A stretch of 64,000 bases of DNA from NCBI GenBank assembly GCA_951812955.1, contig OX638340.1, positions 1,600,001-1,664,000 of the forward strand, read 5' to 3'. The notes beneath the pieces were generated by a model. That model was not told the DNA's origin, searched no databases, and saw only the letters and a list, made by a program, of their open reading frames with translations. Position 1 is the first letter of the stretch. The number at the start of each line of letters is the position of its first letter. Position numbers and translations under genes: made by a program. The stretch comes from an uncultured Gemmatimonadota bacterium (GTDB lineage: Bacteria > JAAXHH01). This document shows, in pieces, positions 1-8,371 of this stretch.

Positions 1-731
1 CCACCGCGGACGATGGACACGACGAAGAGGCGGATGCGGCCACCGCGGACGATGGGCACGACGAAGAGACGGATACGGCCACTGCGGACGACGAACACGT
101 CCACGATGAGGCGGATGAGGCCACCGCGGACGATGGGCACGACGAGGCGGTGGATTTTTCGATCGAGGATGTCGAAGTCAGGCAGGTGACGTCGTTCTTC
201 GTGGGGATGACCAGCCGCCGGGACGTGCTACAACTGCAGCGCCAGATCAACGATTTCGAGAACGAGCCCATGATGGCCGTGATCCCCGGAGTCGCCCTGA
301 ACGAGATGTGGCAGGGCCTGGGTTACGCCGAGACCGGCCTCCGGCTGGTGACCATCTTCGTCGTGTTGGTAGGGTTACTGGGCATGCTGGTCTCACTCTA
401 CACGTCGCTTAACGAGCGCCGACGGGAAATGGCGATCCTGCGCGCCGTCGGGGCGGGACCCAACCGAATCGTCTCACTGCTGGTGCTCGAGTCGGTGTGC
501 CTGTCCGCGGCGGGAGCCATCGGCGGACTCGCCCTGGTTTACATGTTGCTCTCAGCCGGACAGTCGTTTGTCGAGGCGCAAGTCGGGCTCTACATTCCGA
601 TCCGGCCCCCCGGCTCAATCGAATTCCTCTACCTGGCCGCCGTGGTGACGGCCGGATTCGTGATGGGCTTCGTGCCCGCACTCAAGGCCTACCGCACGGC
701 ACTCCATGACGGACTGTCGGTACGGGTGTAA
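1..731 (+). CDS. ABC transporter permease, FtsX/MacB-like C-terminal region (5' partial; reading frame is open to the left window edge)
   Basis: Frame 3 is open from nt 3 with no stop. Nt 1-144 are an in-frame 36-bp tandem repeat encoding (ATADDGHDEEAD)n. The downstream sequence has FtsX-type TM helices (LVTIFVVLVGLLGMLVSLYTSLNERRREMAILRAVGA...). The track ORF 150..731 starts at an internal Met. Confidence 0.7.
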   Translation, partial: TADDGHDEEADAATADDGHDEETDTATADDEHVHDEADEATADDGHDEAVDFSIEDVEVRQVTSFFVGMTSRRDVLQLQRQINDFENEPMMAVIPGVALNEMWQGLGYAETGLRLVTIFVVLVGLLGMLVSLYTSLNERRREMAILRAVGAGPNRIVSLLVLESVCLSAAGAIGGLALVYMLLSAGQSFVEAQVGLYIPIRPPGSIEFLYLAAVVTAGFVMGFVPALKAYRTALHDGLSVRV

Positions 732-1173
732 TGGGTTCTTCGCTCGACTTCCACCGAGCGACGGGATCTTGGGGCTCCTGGCAGGCTCCGGCCGAACCAC
801 GGATTCCTGGCGTCCGTGTAAGATTATTCTTTTTAAGCAGTTACCTCAGATTTGCCCTGCGCGTCAATTCTTCCTCGATTACCGGAACCAGTCTGTCTGA
901 ATTCGTAACCACACCGGAGATCATGCGAGTTTGCAAGTTTTTTCACTTTACGCTCGGCTCCGGCGACAGTCACCTGGCTACTTATAAAAAACAACGTCCT
1001 GAATAACTTGTTATTGTATACTTCCATCCATTCCCCGTCCTAATCCAGAAAACGCGAGCTCCAGGGGGAGGACTGCAGACGTTGAATCTTGGCCGGGACA
1101 GCTTATAACTTGATACCCGGCAGCAGGTCGTGTCCTGGAGGCAAGGTAAGGCATTACGGACAGCCATTTTACG

Positions 1174-1203
1174 TTGACACCCGCCGATCCGTGAGCCTAT
1201 ATT
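1174..1203 (+). promoter_or_regulatory. Candidate sigma70-like promoter (TTGACA-18nt-TATATT) about 13 nt upstream of tRNA-Ser
   Basis: TTGACA at 1174-1179 and TATATT at 1198-1203, read directly. The host appears to have a Bacteroidota-type SigA, so this E. coli-style consensus is uncertain. Confidence 0.35.
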
Positions 1204-1216
1204 GCCTGCCTGCCAG

Positions 1217-1303
1217 GGTGGGGTGTCTGAGTGGCCGAAAGAGACGGTCTTGAAAACCGTTGTACCTTTGCGGGTACCGTGGGTTCGAATCCCACCCCCA
1301 CCG
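1217..1303 (+). tRNA. tRNA-Ser (anticodon TGA)
   Basis: Hand-folded cloverleaf: acceptor GGTGGGG/CCCCACC, anticodon stem ACGGT/ACCGT with loop CTTGAAA, long variable arm, T-arm GTGGG-TTCGAAT-CCCAC, discriminator G. No CCA is encoded. Confidence 0.9.
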
Positions 1304-1327
1304 TCCAACGGCTCTGGAGATCATTCC

Positions 1328-1416
1328 GGAGAGGTGCGAGAGTGGCTGAATCGGATCGACTGCTAATCGATTGTGGGTCAAAAAACCTACCGAGGGTTCG
1401 AATCCCTCCCTCTCCG
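1328..1416 (+). tRNA. tRNA-Ser (anticodon GCT)
   Basis: Acceptor GGAGAGG/CCTCTCC, anticodon stem ATCGA/TCGAT with loop CTGCTAA, long variable arm, T-arm GAGGG-TTCGAAT-CCCTC, discriminator G. Confidence 0.9.
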
Positions 1417-1488
1417 TCAGAAGTATCAAAGCCGGTCCTGGTCGGCCGAATATCAGAAGTATCAAAGCCGCTCCTGGTCGGCCGAATA
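1417..1488 (+). repeat. 2 x 36-bp direct tandem repeat (TCAGAAGTATCAAAGCCG[G/C]TCCTGGTCGGCCGAATA) immediately 3' of tRNA-Ser(GCT)
   Basis: Read directly; the two copies differ at one position. Confidence 0.85.
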
Positions 1489-1608
1489 GCGGCATTCACC
1501 GGGCTCCGGCCCGCATCGGAAGCCCCATCCAGGAATACCATCGGGAGCCCTGTACTTTGAATTACCATCGGGAGCCCTATTCTTGAGATTCCATCAGGAG
1601 CGCCATTC

Positions 1609-2037
1609 ATGCAGTACCAGTTGAAGCGAATCGACCCGTGGTCCGCGTGCAAGATTACTTTTCTCATCGCCGGCGTTGTGGGGTTCGTTGTTGGGGCGCT
1701 TTACGCCGTGCTGATCACGATGATGGCGAGTTTCATGGGCATGGTGGGGATGTCCGAAGGCATGCCCGATGAGATGGGCTATATCGTAGGGGCCACAGGC
1801 TTCATCGCGGTCGTAGCCTGGATCGTAATCACCATCCTGTACGCCGTGGTCGGTGCCCTGGTGGTCTCGCTGGCTACCTGGCTGTACAACCTGTTGGCGG
1901 GCGCGATCGGCGGCGTGCAACTGACCTTCGAAGCCTTACCGTCAGTTGTGCCCGCTCCGACTGAAGCGACGACACCCGGTTCCGACACTTCGACCGCGAC
2001 GGGAGACGCCGGCGGTTCAGAACCCCAGGCAACGTAA
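1609..2037 (+). CDS. Small polytopic membrane protein with a Thr/Ser/Gly-rich C-terminal tail (resembles DUF3566-type TM domain); 6 nt upstream of gltX
   Basis: Four predicted TM helices and a low-complexity tail. AGGAG RBS. Probably co-transcribed with gltX. Confidence 0.6.
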   Translation: MQYQLKRIDPWSACKITFLIAGVVGFVVGALYAVLITMMASFMGMVGMSEGMPDEMGYIVGATGFIAVVAWIVITILYAVVGALVVSLATWLYNLLAGAIGGVQLTFEALPSVVPAPTEATTPGSDTSTATGDAGGSEPQAT

Positions 2038-2043
2038 CGATCT

Positions 2044-3618
2044 ATGTCCCGGTCCGTACGCGTCCGCTTTGCCCCCAGCCCCACCGGACTGCTGCACATC
2101 GGCAGCGCCCACACGGGCCTGTTCAACTGGCTCTTTGCCCGCAAGGAAAAGGGCCGTTTTCTCCTGCGCATCGAAGATACCGACACCGCCCGATCCCGTC
2201 AGGAATGGGTCGATGCCATTTACGAGGTGCTGGAGTGGATGGGCATGGACTGGGACGAGGATGTGGTCTACCAATCCCGCCGTATTGAACGGCACGTTGA
2301 CCGCGCCCGGCATCTGGTCGAAACCGGCAGGGCCTACCGGTGCTACTACCTCCCTGAAGAGCTGGAAGCGAAGAAAAAGGAAGCCCTGGCGGAGGGCCGG
2401 TCCTGGCGAAACGACCGCCGCTACGCGGACATCACCGCCGCGGAGGCGGAAGCGCTGGAGGCCGAAGGCCGCAAGCCGGTCATCCGGCTCAAGATTCCCG
2501 AAGGCAAAACCATATTCCGGGACCGGATACTTGGCGAGATCGAGGTGGGGAACGAGACCATCGACGATTTCGTTATCGTACGGTCCAACGGCACGCCCCT
2601 GTACCACCTGGCCGTAGTGGTCGACGACGTGGACATGGAGGTGTCCCACGTCATCCGGGGCATCGACCACGTCACCAATACGACCAAGCACATCCACCTG
2701 TTCCAGGCCCTGGGCGCCGAGTTGCCCGAATTCGCCCATTTACCCAGTATTTTGGGAGAAGACAAGAAGAAGCTGTCGAAGCGCCACGGCGCCGCGTCCG
2801 TCTCCGAATACCGCGACGCCGGCTACCTGTCCGACGCCGTGGTCAACTTCCTCTCGCTGCTCGGGTGGCAGACAGGCGACGACCAGGAGTTCTTCACCCG
2901 CGCCGAACTCATGGAGCGATTCTCCCTGGACCAGGTCCACAAGCGGGACACCGTCTTTGACCTGCGCAAATTCGAGTGGCTGAACGGCCAGCACATCATG
3001 GCACTGTCCAACGAGGAACTGTGGACCCTGGCGAAGCCATTCCTGAAGCGCGAAGGGCTCGTTGGCGATCGGCCCAGCGGCAGCGAGAAGACCGACTGTC
3101 ATTCCGAAAGACAGACCGTCGACGGCAATACCAGCGGACAGCCCGAAGGACAGACTGATGGGCGGCCCAAAGGAAAGACCGCAGGCCACGCTTACGCGAT
3201 GGAAGTCGTCGCTCTGCTCAGGGAGCGATGCCGCACGTTGGCCGACTTCGCGGTCCAGGGAAGGTTCTTCTTCACGGACGACTTCGACTACAATTCAAAG
3301 GCCGTACGAAAGCACTGGGCGAAAGAGCCGGATGCCGTGTCCGAACGGATCGTCTGGCTCCGAGACGAGTTCGCGGTCCTCGAAGTGTTCGACGTCGAAG
3401 CAGTGGAGGGCGTCATCAGGGATCTGTCGGAACGTCACGGGCTGAAGGCGGCCCAGTTCATCCATCCCTGCCGCGTGGCGCTGACCGGTGAAATGGCCGG
3501 CCCGTCCCTGTTCCACCTGGTTGCCGTGCTGGGAAAAGCGGTATGTGTCGAACGCCTGAACCGCGCACTAGATCGTCTGCCGGACGCCATCGAGCAGGCG
3601 GCGGTGAACCAGGGCTAA
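2044..3618 (+). CDS. gltX: Glutamate--tRNA ligase (class I aaRS)
   Basis: HIGH motif (PTGLLHIGSAHT) and KMSKS motif (KLSKRHG) are present, along with GltX-family blocks. There is a roughly 40-aa low-complexity insertion around residues 340-382. Confidence 0.95.
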   Translation: MSRSVRVRFAPSPTGLLHIGSAHTGLFNWLFARKEKGRFLLRIEDTDTARSRQEWVDAIYEVLEWMGMDWDEDVVYQSRRIERHVDRARHLVETGRAYRCYYLPEELEAKKKEALAEGRSWRNDRRYADITAAEAEALEAEGRKPVIRLKIPEGKTIFRDRILGEIEVGNETIDDFVIVRSNGTPLYHLAVVVDDVDMEVSHVIRGIDHVTNTTKHIHLFQALGAELPEFAHLPSILGEDKKKLSKRHGAASVSEYRDAGYLSDAVVNFLSLLGWQTGDDQEFFTRAELMERFSLDQVHKRDTVFDLRKFEWLNGQHIMALSNEELWTLAKPFLKREGLVGDRPSGSEKTDCHSERQTVDGNTSGQPEGQTDGRPKGKTAGHAYAMEVVALLRERCRTLADFAVQGRFFFTDDFDYNSKAVRKHWAKEPDAVSERIVWLRDEFAVLEVFDVEAVEGVIRDLSERHGLKAAQFIHPCRVALTGEMAGPSLFHLVAVLGKAVCVERLNRALDRLPDAIEQAAVNQG

Positions 3619-3705
3619 GATCGGTATTTTCCGAGTGTGACGATGCGTGATGAATCACGAAGAGGCACGACGAAGCACGACGAAACGTGATGAAAGGATA
3701 GCGCG

Positions 3706-4164
3706 ATGACCGATTCGAATGCCACAGAGAAACTCACCTTTTCGATTACCATCGACGCTTCTAGGGAACAGGTGTGGCACGCCCTGTTCGACGACGAACC
3801 GTTCCGGAAGTGGTCGCGCGAATTTGCCGAAGGATCCCACTTCGTTGGGGACTGGAGCGTGGGCAGCGAAATACGGTTCCTGGTCGAGGGCGATGACGGG
3901 ATGGTCAGCATGATCGACGAGAACCGCACGCACGAGTACATGTCCATCCGGCACATCGGGTACATCAGGAAGGGCGTGGAGGACAGGGAAAGCGACGAGG
4001 TGAAGTCGTGGTCACCGGCCTTCGAGAATTACACGCTGCGGGACGCCGACGGGAGCACCCATCTGACCGTGGTAACGGACACGTTCAATGACTTCGTGGA
4101 GTACTTCAACGAAACCTGGCCCAAGGCGCTGGAGGTTGTCAAACAGACCGCCGAGGCCGAATAA
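3706..4164 (+). CDS. SRPBCC-superfamily protein (AHSA1/START-like, polyketide-cyclase fold)
   Basis: 152 aa. Its pattern (EQVWHALFDDEPFRKWS ... THLTVVTDTF) is typical of Aha1/SRPBCC-domain proteins. Confidence 0.6.
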   Translation: MTDSNATEKLTFSITIDASREQVWHALFDDEPFRKWSREFAEGSHFVGDWSVGSEIRFLVEGDDGMVSMIDENRTHEYMSIRHIGYIRKGVEDRESDEVKSWSPAFENYTLRDADGSTHLTVVTDTFNDFVEYFNETWPKALEVVKQTAEAE

Positions 4165-4282
4165 GCCGGGTGGGTGGACGGCCTTCTACGCGGTACGGAC
4201 CGATGGGCGGAGTGACGATGGGCGGCATGCACGCGTGCTTTCGGTACCATCGGTACTCGACCAGCAACGCCGCGACCTTCAC

Positions 4283-5419
4283 TTACCCCCGCTTCCGGTA
4301 CCACCGGTACTCGACCAGCATGGCGATGACCAGCACACTGCAGCAGAGCACGTAAGGCATGCGCAGGCCGATGATCTGGGCCAGATATCCGCCGATCAGA
4401 GGCCCCGAAACCATGCCCAGCCCGATGAACATTTCGTTTCGGGCGCCCTTCTCTCCCTTTCTTTCTTCCTGGAAAAAAGAATAGAACTGGCTCGCCGAAA
4501 AGGCGGCGCCGACCAGCAACCCAACGGATCCGAAGGCAACGGCCAGTACCACGGGTGAATCCTGCGTCGCCACGACGATCATGCCGACCGCGGCGGTGAT
4601 CTGGGGGATGACAAGGGGCCTGAGCCGGAACTGCCACCAGGTGGTGTACTTCGCGACCAGGAAGATCAACATCTGTATGAACCTGGGAATGGCCAGGAGG
4701 ATGCCGAGCGTGTCGGGCCGGATGAGCAGCGAGGCGGCAAGTTTGGGAAACTGGTTGTTGAGCATGCCGATCATGAAGAAGGCCGTGAAACTGGCCGTCC
4801 AGGCGATCCAGCGGAAGCGCGCGATGTCCACGGGCGCGTGGGGTTCTTCCTCTGGCCCCTCTTCACGGACCGCGGTCGATCTGAACCACGGCAGGATGAT
4901 CGCCAGCGCGAGGAAGGCCATGCCGATGGTACCGGTCGCAAAGGGCACCCGGGGACCCACCAGGTAGAGGTAGCCTCCCGCCGCGGGTCCCAGCATGAAC
5001 CCCAGGGTCCAGAACATGTTGAACGTGCCAAGGGTCTTCACCATTTGCCCCCGACTGCGGTTCTCGGCCAGGATGGCCTGCAATGAAGGCCAGAAGAGGG
5101 CCAGCAATCCCCATCCCAGGGCGGCGCCGACTAGCAGCATCCAGTAGTTTACCGCGAAATAGAGCATGCAGAAAACCGCCGCGGTCAGGCCGGCGGCGAT
5201 GGCCAGGAGCCGGCGACGGTCGAACCGGTCCGCCAGTTTGCCTGTGAAGGTGCAGCCCACGGTGAAACTGAGCGAGCCAGCGGTGCCTATGAACCCCAGT
5301 TCCACCACCGACGCGCCCATGTCGAGGGCTCGCAGGGGCACGGCGAAGGAAACCAGGCCCGTGCAGAAGTCCATGGCGAAAGCTGTGATAAAGAGGAAGT
5401 AGTCGGAACGCTTGAGCAC
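4283..5419 (-). CDS. MFS transporter
   Basis: 378 aa with about 12 TM helices. MFS signature around GKLADRFDRRRLL. Confidence 0.85.
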   Translation of the reverse strand: MLKRSDYFLFITAFAMDFCTGLVSFAVPLRALDMGASVVELGFIGTAGSLSFTVGCTFTGKLADRFDRRRLLAIAAGLTAAVFCMLYFAVNYWMLLVGAALGWGLLALFWPSLQAILAENRSRGQMVKTLGTFNMFWTLGFMLGPAAGGYLYLVGPRVPFATGTIGMAFLALAIILPWFRSTAVREEGPEEEPHAPVDIARFRWIAWTASFTAFFMIGMLNNQFPKLAASLLIRPDTLGILLAIPRFIQMLIFLVAKYTTWWQFRLRPLVIPQITAAVGMIVVATQDSPVVLAVAFGSVGLLVGAAFSASQFYSFFQEERKGEKGARNEMFIGLGMVSGPLIGGYLAQIIGLRMPYVLCCSVLVIAMLVEYRWYRKRG

Positions 5420-5474
5420 GGGTCAGGTAAGACTCCGGATGTCATGGGTCATGGGACGTGTCTGCACGGCGGGC

Positions 5475-7199
5475 CTATGAGAGGCTTCGCTGGGCCGTGC
5501 CACGGGAGAAGTAGTTGGAACCCAGTAGCACGACGGACACGAGCAGCAGGAGCAGGACGGCGTAGGCCGCGGCGCTGCCGATGTTGAACTGGCGCAGGTG
5601 GGACAGAATCTCCATGGCGATTGGACGGTTGTCGTAGACGTACAGGAGGATGGACGCCACGAATTCGCCCAGGGCGGTGACAAAGGCAAGCAGTGTGCCG
5701 GCGAGCACGCCGGGTCCGATGAGCGGCAGGGTGACGCGGCGGAAGGCGTAGAACCACCCCGCGCCGAGGTTGCGCGCCGCTTCTTCCAGGGAGTCGTCCA
5801 GCTGTCTGAAGGCCGCCGCTGAAGCCCGGAACACGATGGGCAGGTGGCGGACGAAATAGGCGATGGGCAACAGCCAGAATGAGCCCACGAGCACCTGGCC
5901 GAAGCTGAAGGGCGTGCCCTGGCTGAAGGCGACGATCAGGTTGATGGCCACCACGGTGCCGGGCAGCGCCCAGGGCACCATCACGAGGGCGTCGAGCAGT
6001 TTGCGGCCCCGGAATGCGCCCTTCACCACCAGGTAGGCCGCGCTGACCCCTATGGCCACGTCGGCCGCCGTGGAAATCACCGCCATGTTCACACTGTTCC
6101 GGATCGGTTCCCAGAAGGTGGGATCCTGGAAAAGCCTGCCGTAGTTGTCCGATGTATATACCTGGGGCAGAATCTGGTGCGTCCACGTACCATCCTGTAC
6201 GAAGGAAAGCAGGAGGATGGTCAGATGGGGCAGCAGGAGCACGATCACCATGGCGATACCGGCACCACCCGCGAGCAGGCGCGCCCAGCGCCCGCGTATC
6301 TCGCGCCGAAGAACAGCCGTGCCCTTGGTGCTCATGGTGTATTGCCGGCGCCCCTCGTAGTGGCGCATCCAGAAGAGAAAGGCGATGGAGAAAGCGGAGA
6401 GGACCACGGTCTGCGTGACAGCCATGGCCATGTCGCCGTTCAGTTTGGACGTGTAGATGTTGAGGCTGAGAAAACGGAATCCCCCGGCGAAGATGAACGG
6501 CGCGCTGAAGGAGTTCATGGACGTCATGAAGACCAGGAGCGTGGCGCCCACCAGCGCCGGCGTCAGCAGGGGCAGGGTGACGGATCGGAAACTGAACCAG
6601 GACGACGCGCCCAGGTTGCGGGCCGCCTCCATGACCGCCGGATCGATGCCTCTCAGCGCGGCCGAAGTGAACAGGTAGAAGAAGACGTACATCGTATAAC
6701 CGTGCACGAGCAGCACGGCCCACACCCCGTTCAGCGAGAAGGGCGGCCGTTCCAGGCCAAGGGCCGCCTGGATGAGTCGCGGGACCATACCGCTTTCGCT
6801 GTAGAGAAAGAGGAATGCGAGCACACCCACCAGGGGCGGCAGGACGATAGGCAGCGTGGCCAGCGCCGAGAAGACGGACCGGCCCGGAAAGTCGTAGTGG
6901 GTGAAGATGAGGGCCAGGGGCACGCCGATCAGCGCCGAGAGCAGCACGCTCCCCACGGAGACCATGACACTGTTGAAGAGACCCTCCATGTAGGAGGGGT
7001 ATTCGGGATCGAAAAACTCGCCGTAATTGCCGAAGCCGAACTGTCCCTCGCGGAACAGGCTCTCCCAGAGCACAAGTGCGGCGGGATAGACGACGTAGCC
7101 GAGGAGGATGAATCCCAGCAGGATGAATACGAAGGTCCGGGGCTGGCGAAGGGCGGTGAGTAGGGCACCGGGCTGGCGGAGGGTGGCGGGCTGGGTCAT
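5475..7199 (-). CDS. ABC transporter permease, fused double-domain (Fe3+/thiamine FbpB/ThiP type)
   Basis: 574 aa with two tandem TMDs, each with an EAA-like loop (EAARNLGAS... twice). Confidence 0.85.
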   Translation of the reverse strand: MTQPATLRQPGALLTALRQPRTFVFILLGFILLGYVVYPAALVLWESLFREGQFGFGNYGEFFDPEYPSYMEGLFNSVMVSVGSVLLSALIGVPLALIFTHYDFPGRSVFSALATLPIVLPPLVGVLAFLFLYSESGMVPRLIQAALGLERPPFSLNGVWAVLLVHGYTMYVFFYLFTSAALRGIDPAVMEAARNLGASSWFSFRSVTLPLLTPALVGATLLVFMTSMNSFSAPFIFAGGFRFLSLNIYTSKLNGDMAMAVTQTVVLSAFSIAFLFWMRHYEGRRQYTMSTKGTAVLRREIRGRWARLLAGGAGIAMVIVLLLPHLTILLLSFVQDGTWTHQILPQVYTSDNYGRLFQDPTFWEPIRNSVNMAVISTAADVAIGVSAAYLVVKGAFRGRKLLDALVMVPWALPGTVVAINLIVAFSQGTPFSFGQVLVGSFWLLPIAYFVRHLPIVFRASAAAFRQLDDSLEEAARNLGAGWFYAFRRVTLPLIGPGVLAGTLLAFVTALGEFVASILLYVYDNRPIAMEILSHLRQFNIGSAAAYAVLLLLLVSVVLLGSNYFSRGTAQRSLS

Positions 7200-7207
7200 G
7201 ATCCGGT

Positions 7208-8329
7208 TCAGTCCCCCAGGATGACCGCCTGGTCACCAGGGATGTGGACGCGCACCGTATCGCCCGGCTGACTTGATGCCATTGGAACTACCGCATTCTC
7301 GACGACCTGGATGGGCACGCCCCCGGCATCGATGGTGAACTCGACAGTCGCGCCTTTGAAACGCCGAGTGGAAACGATACCAGCAATGGTGCTTTCCGCG
7401 TCATCGCCGGTCAACCGTGCGGCCTGGGGATGCAGAGCCAGGTGAACGGCGCCTTCGGCGTGTTTGGCGCTTTCTGCCGATTCGGCCTCTGCGGACGGCG
7501 AGGACGGCGCACCTTCATCGGCCGGCGTGGCCGGCGCGGGCAGCGGGACGGTCAGTCCGCTTTCATGTCGGAATACGGTACCGCCCCTTTCGGACGAGAC
7601 CACGCCCTCCCACAGGTTCATGTTGCCCATGAAGGCGGCCACGAAGCGGTTGGCCGGCCTGCGATAAATCACCTCCGGCCGGTCCAGCTGCCGGCACTCG
7701 CCCTCCTCCATCACCGCGATCCGATCGGAAACGGCCAGCGCTTCCTCCTGGTCGTGGGTGACGTAAACGGCCGTGATGCCCAGTTTCGTCTGCAGCTCCC
7801 GGATCTGGTCCCGCGTCTCCTCACGCAACTTGGTATCCAGGTTGGACAGGGGTTCGTCGAGCAGCAACAGGTCGGGTTCGATGACCACGGCCCGGGCAAG
7901 GGCCACCCGCTGCTGCTGTCCGCCCGACAACTGGGGTACGGGACGCCTTTCCAGCCCGGTCAGCCCCACCAGGTCGAGCGCCCGCGCCACACGGTCGGCT
8001 ATCTCGGGTCCGGCCACCTTCCGGGTGCGCAGACCAAAGGCCACGTTCTCGAAAACGGTCATATGGGGGAAGAGGGCGTAGTTCTGGAAGACCATCCCGG
8101 TGTTGCGCCGGTGGGCGGGTAGACTGGTGACGTCCTGGCCGTCGAAGTGTACCGCGCCGGACGTGGGGAAGATGAACCCGGCGATCATGCGGAGTATGGT
8201 GGTCTTCCCGCAGCCACTCGGTCCCAGCAGGCTGAAGAACTCACCGTCGGCGACGGTCAGGCTGATGCCCTTGACGACCGGGGTGTCGTCGAAATGCTTG
8301 GTGAGGCGATCGAGGGTGACCTGGGCCAT
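7208..8329 (-). CDS. ABC transporter ATP-binding protein (FbpC/PotA-like) with C-terminal regulatory/TOBE-like domain
   Basis: Walker [10 protein letters not shown], signature LSGGQQQRV, Walker B LLLLDEP. Confidence 0.9.
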   Translation of the reverse strand: MAQVTLDRLTKHFDDTPVVKGISLTVADGEFFSLLGPSGCGKTTILRMIAGFIFPTSGAVHFDGQDVTSLPAHRRNTGMVFQNYALFPHMTVFENVAFGLRTRKVAGPEIADRVARALDLVGLTGLERRPVPQLSGGQQQRVALARAVVIEPDLLLLDEPLSNLDTKLREETRDQIRELQTKLGITAVYVTHDQEEALAVSDRIAVMEEGECRQLDRPEVIYRRPANRFVAAFMGNMNLWEGVVSSERGGTVFRHESGLTVPLPAPATPADEGAPSSPSAEAESAESAKHAEGAVHLALHPQAARLTGDDAESTIAGIVSTRRFKGATVEFTIDAGGVPIQVVENAVVPMASSQPGDTVRVHIPGDQAVILGD

Positions 8330-8371
8330 GGGCGTATATCGTTAGGGAACCGTTGCGGAAGGCGAAAGGAC

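Noticed and set aside
150-731. Met start at 150 for the ABC permease ORF
   Set aside because: The same frame is open to the window edge, and the FtsX fold requires upstream domains, so it is treated as a 5'-partial gene.
4170-4355. 61-aa ORF (FRYHRYSTS repeats)
   Set aside because: A translation artefact of the 28-bp direct repeat at the MFS 3' end.
5449-7236. 595-aa ORF (Arg/Pro/Gly-rich) overlapping the ABC permease gene in another frame
   Set aside because: High-GC alternate-frame artefact. The in-frame 5475-7199 product has clear ABC permease TMDs.
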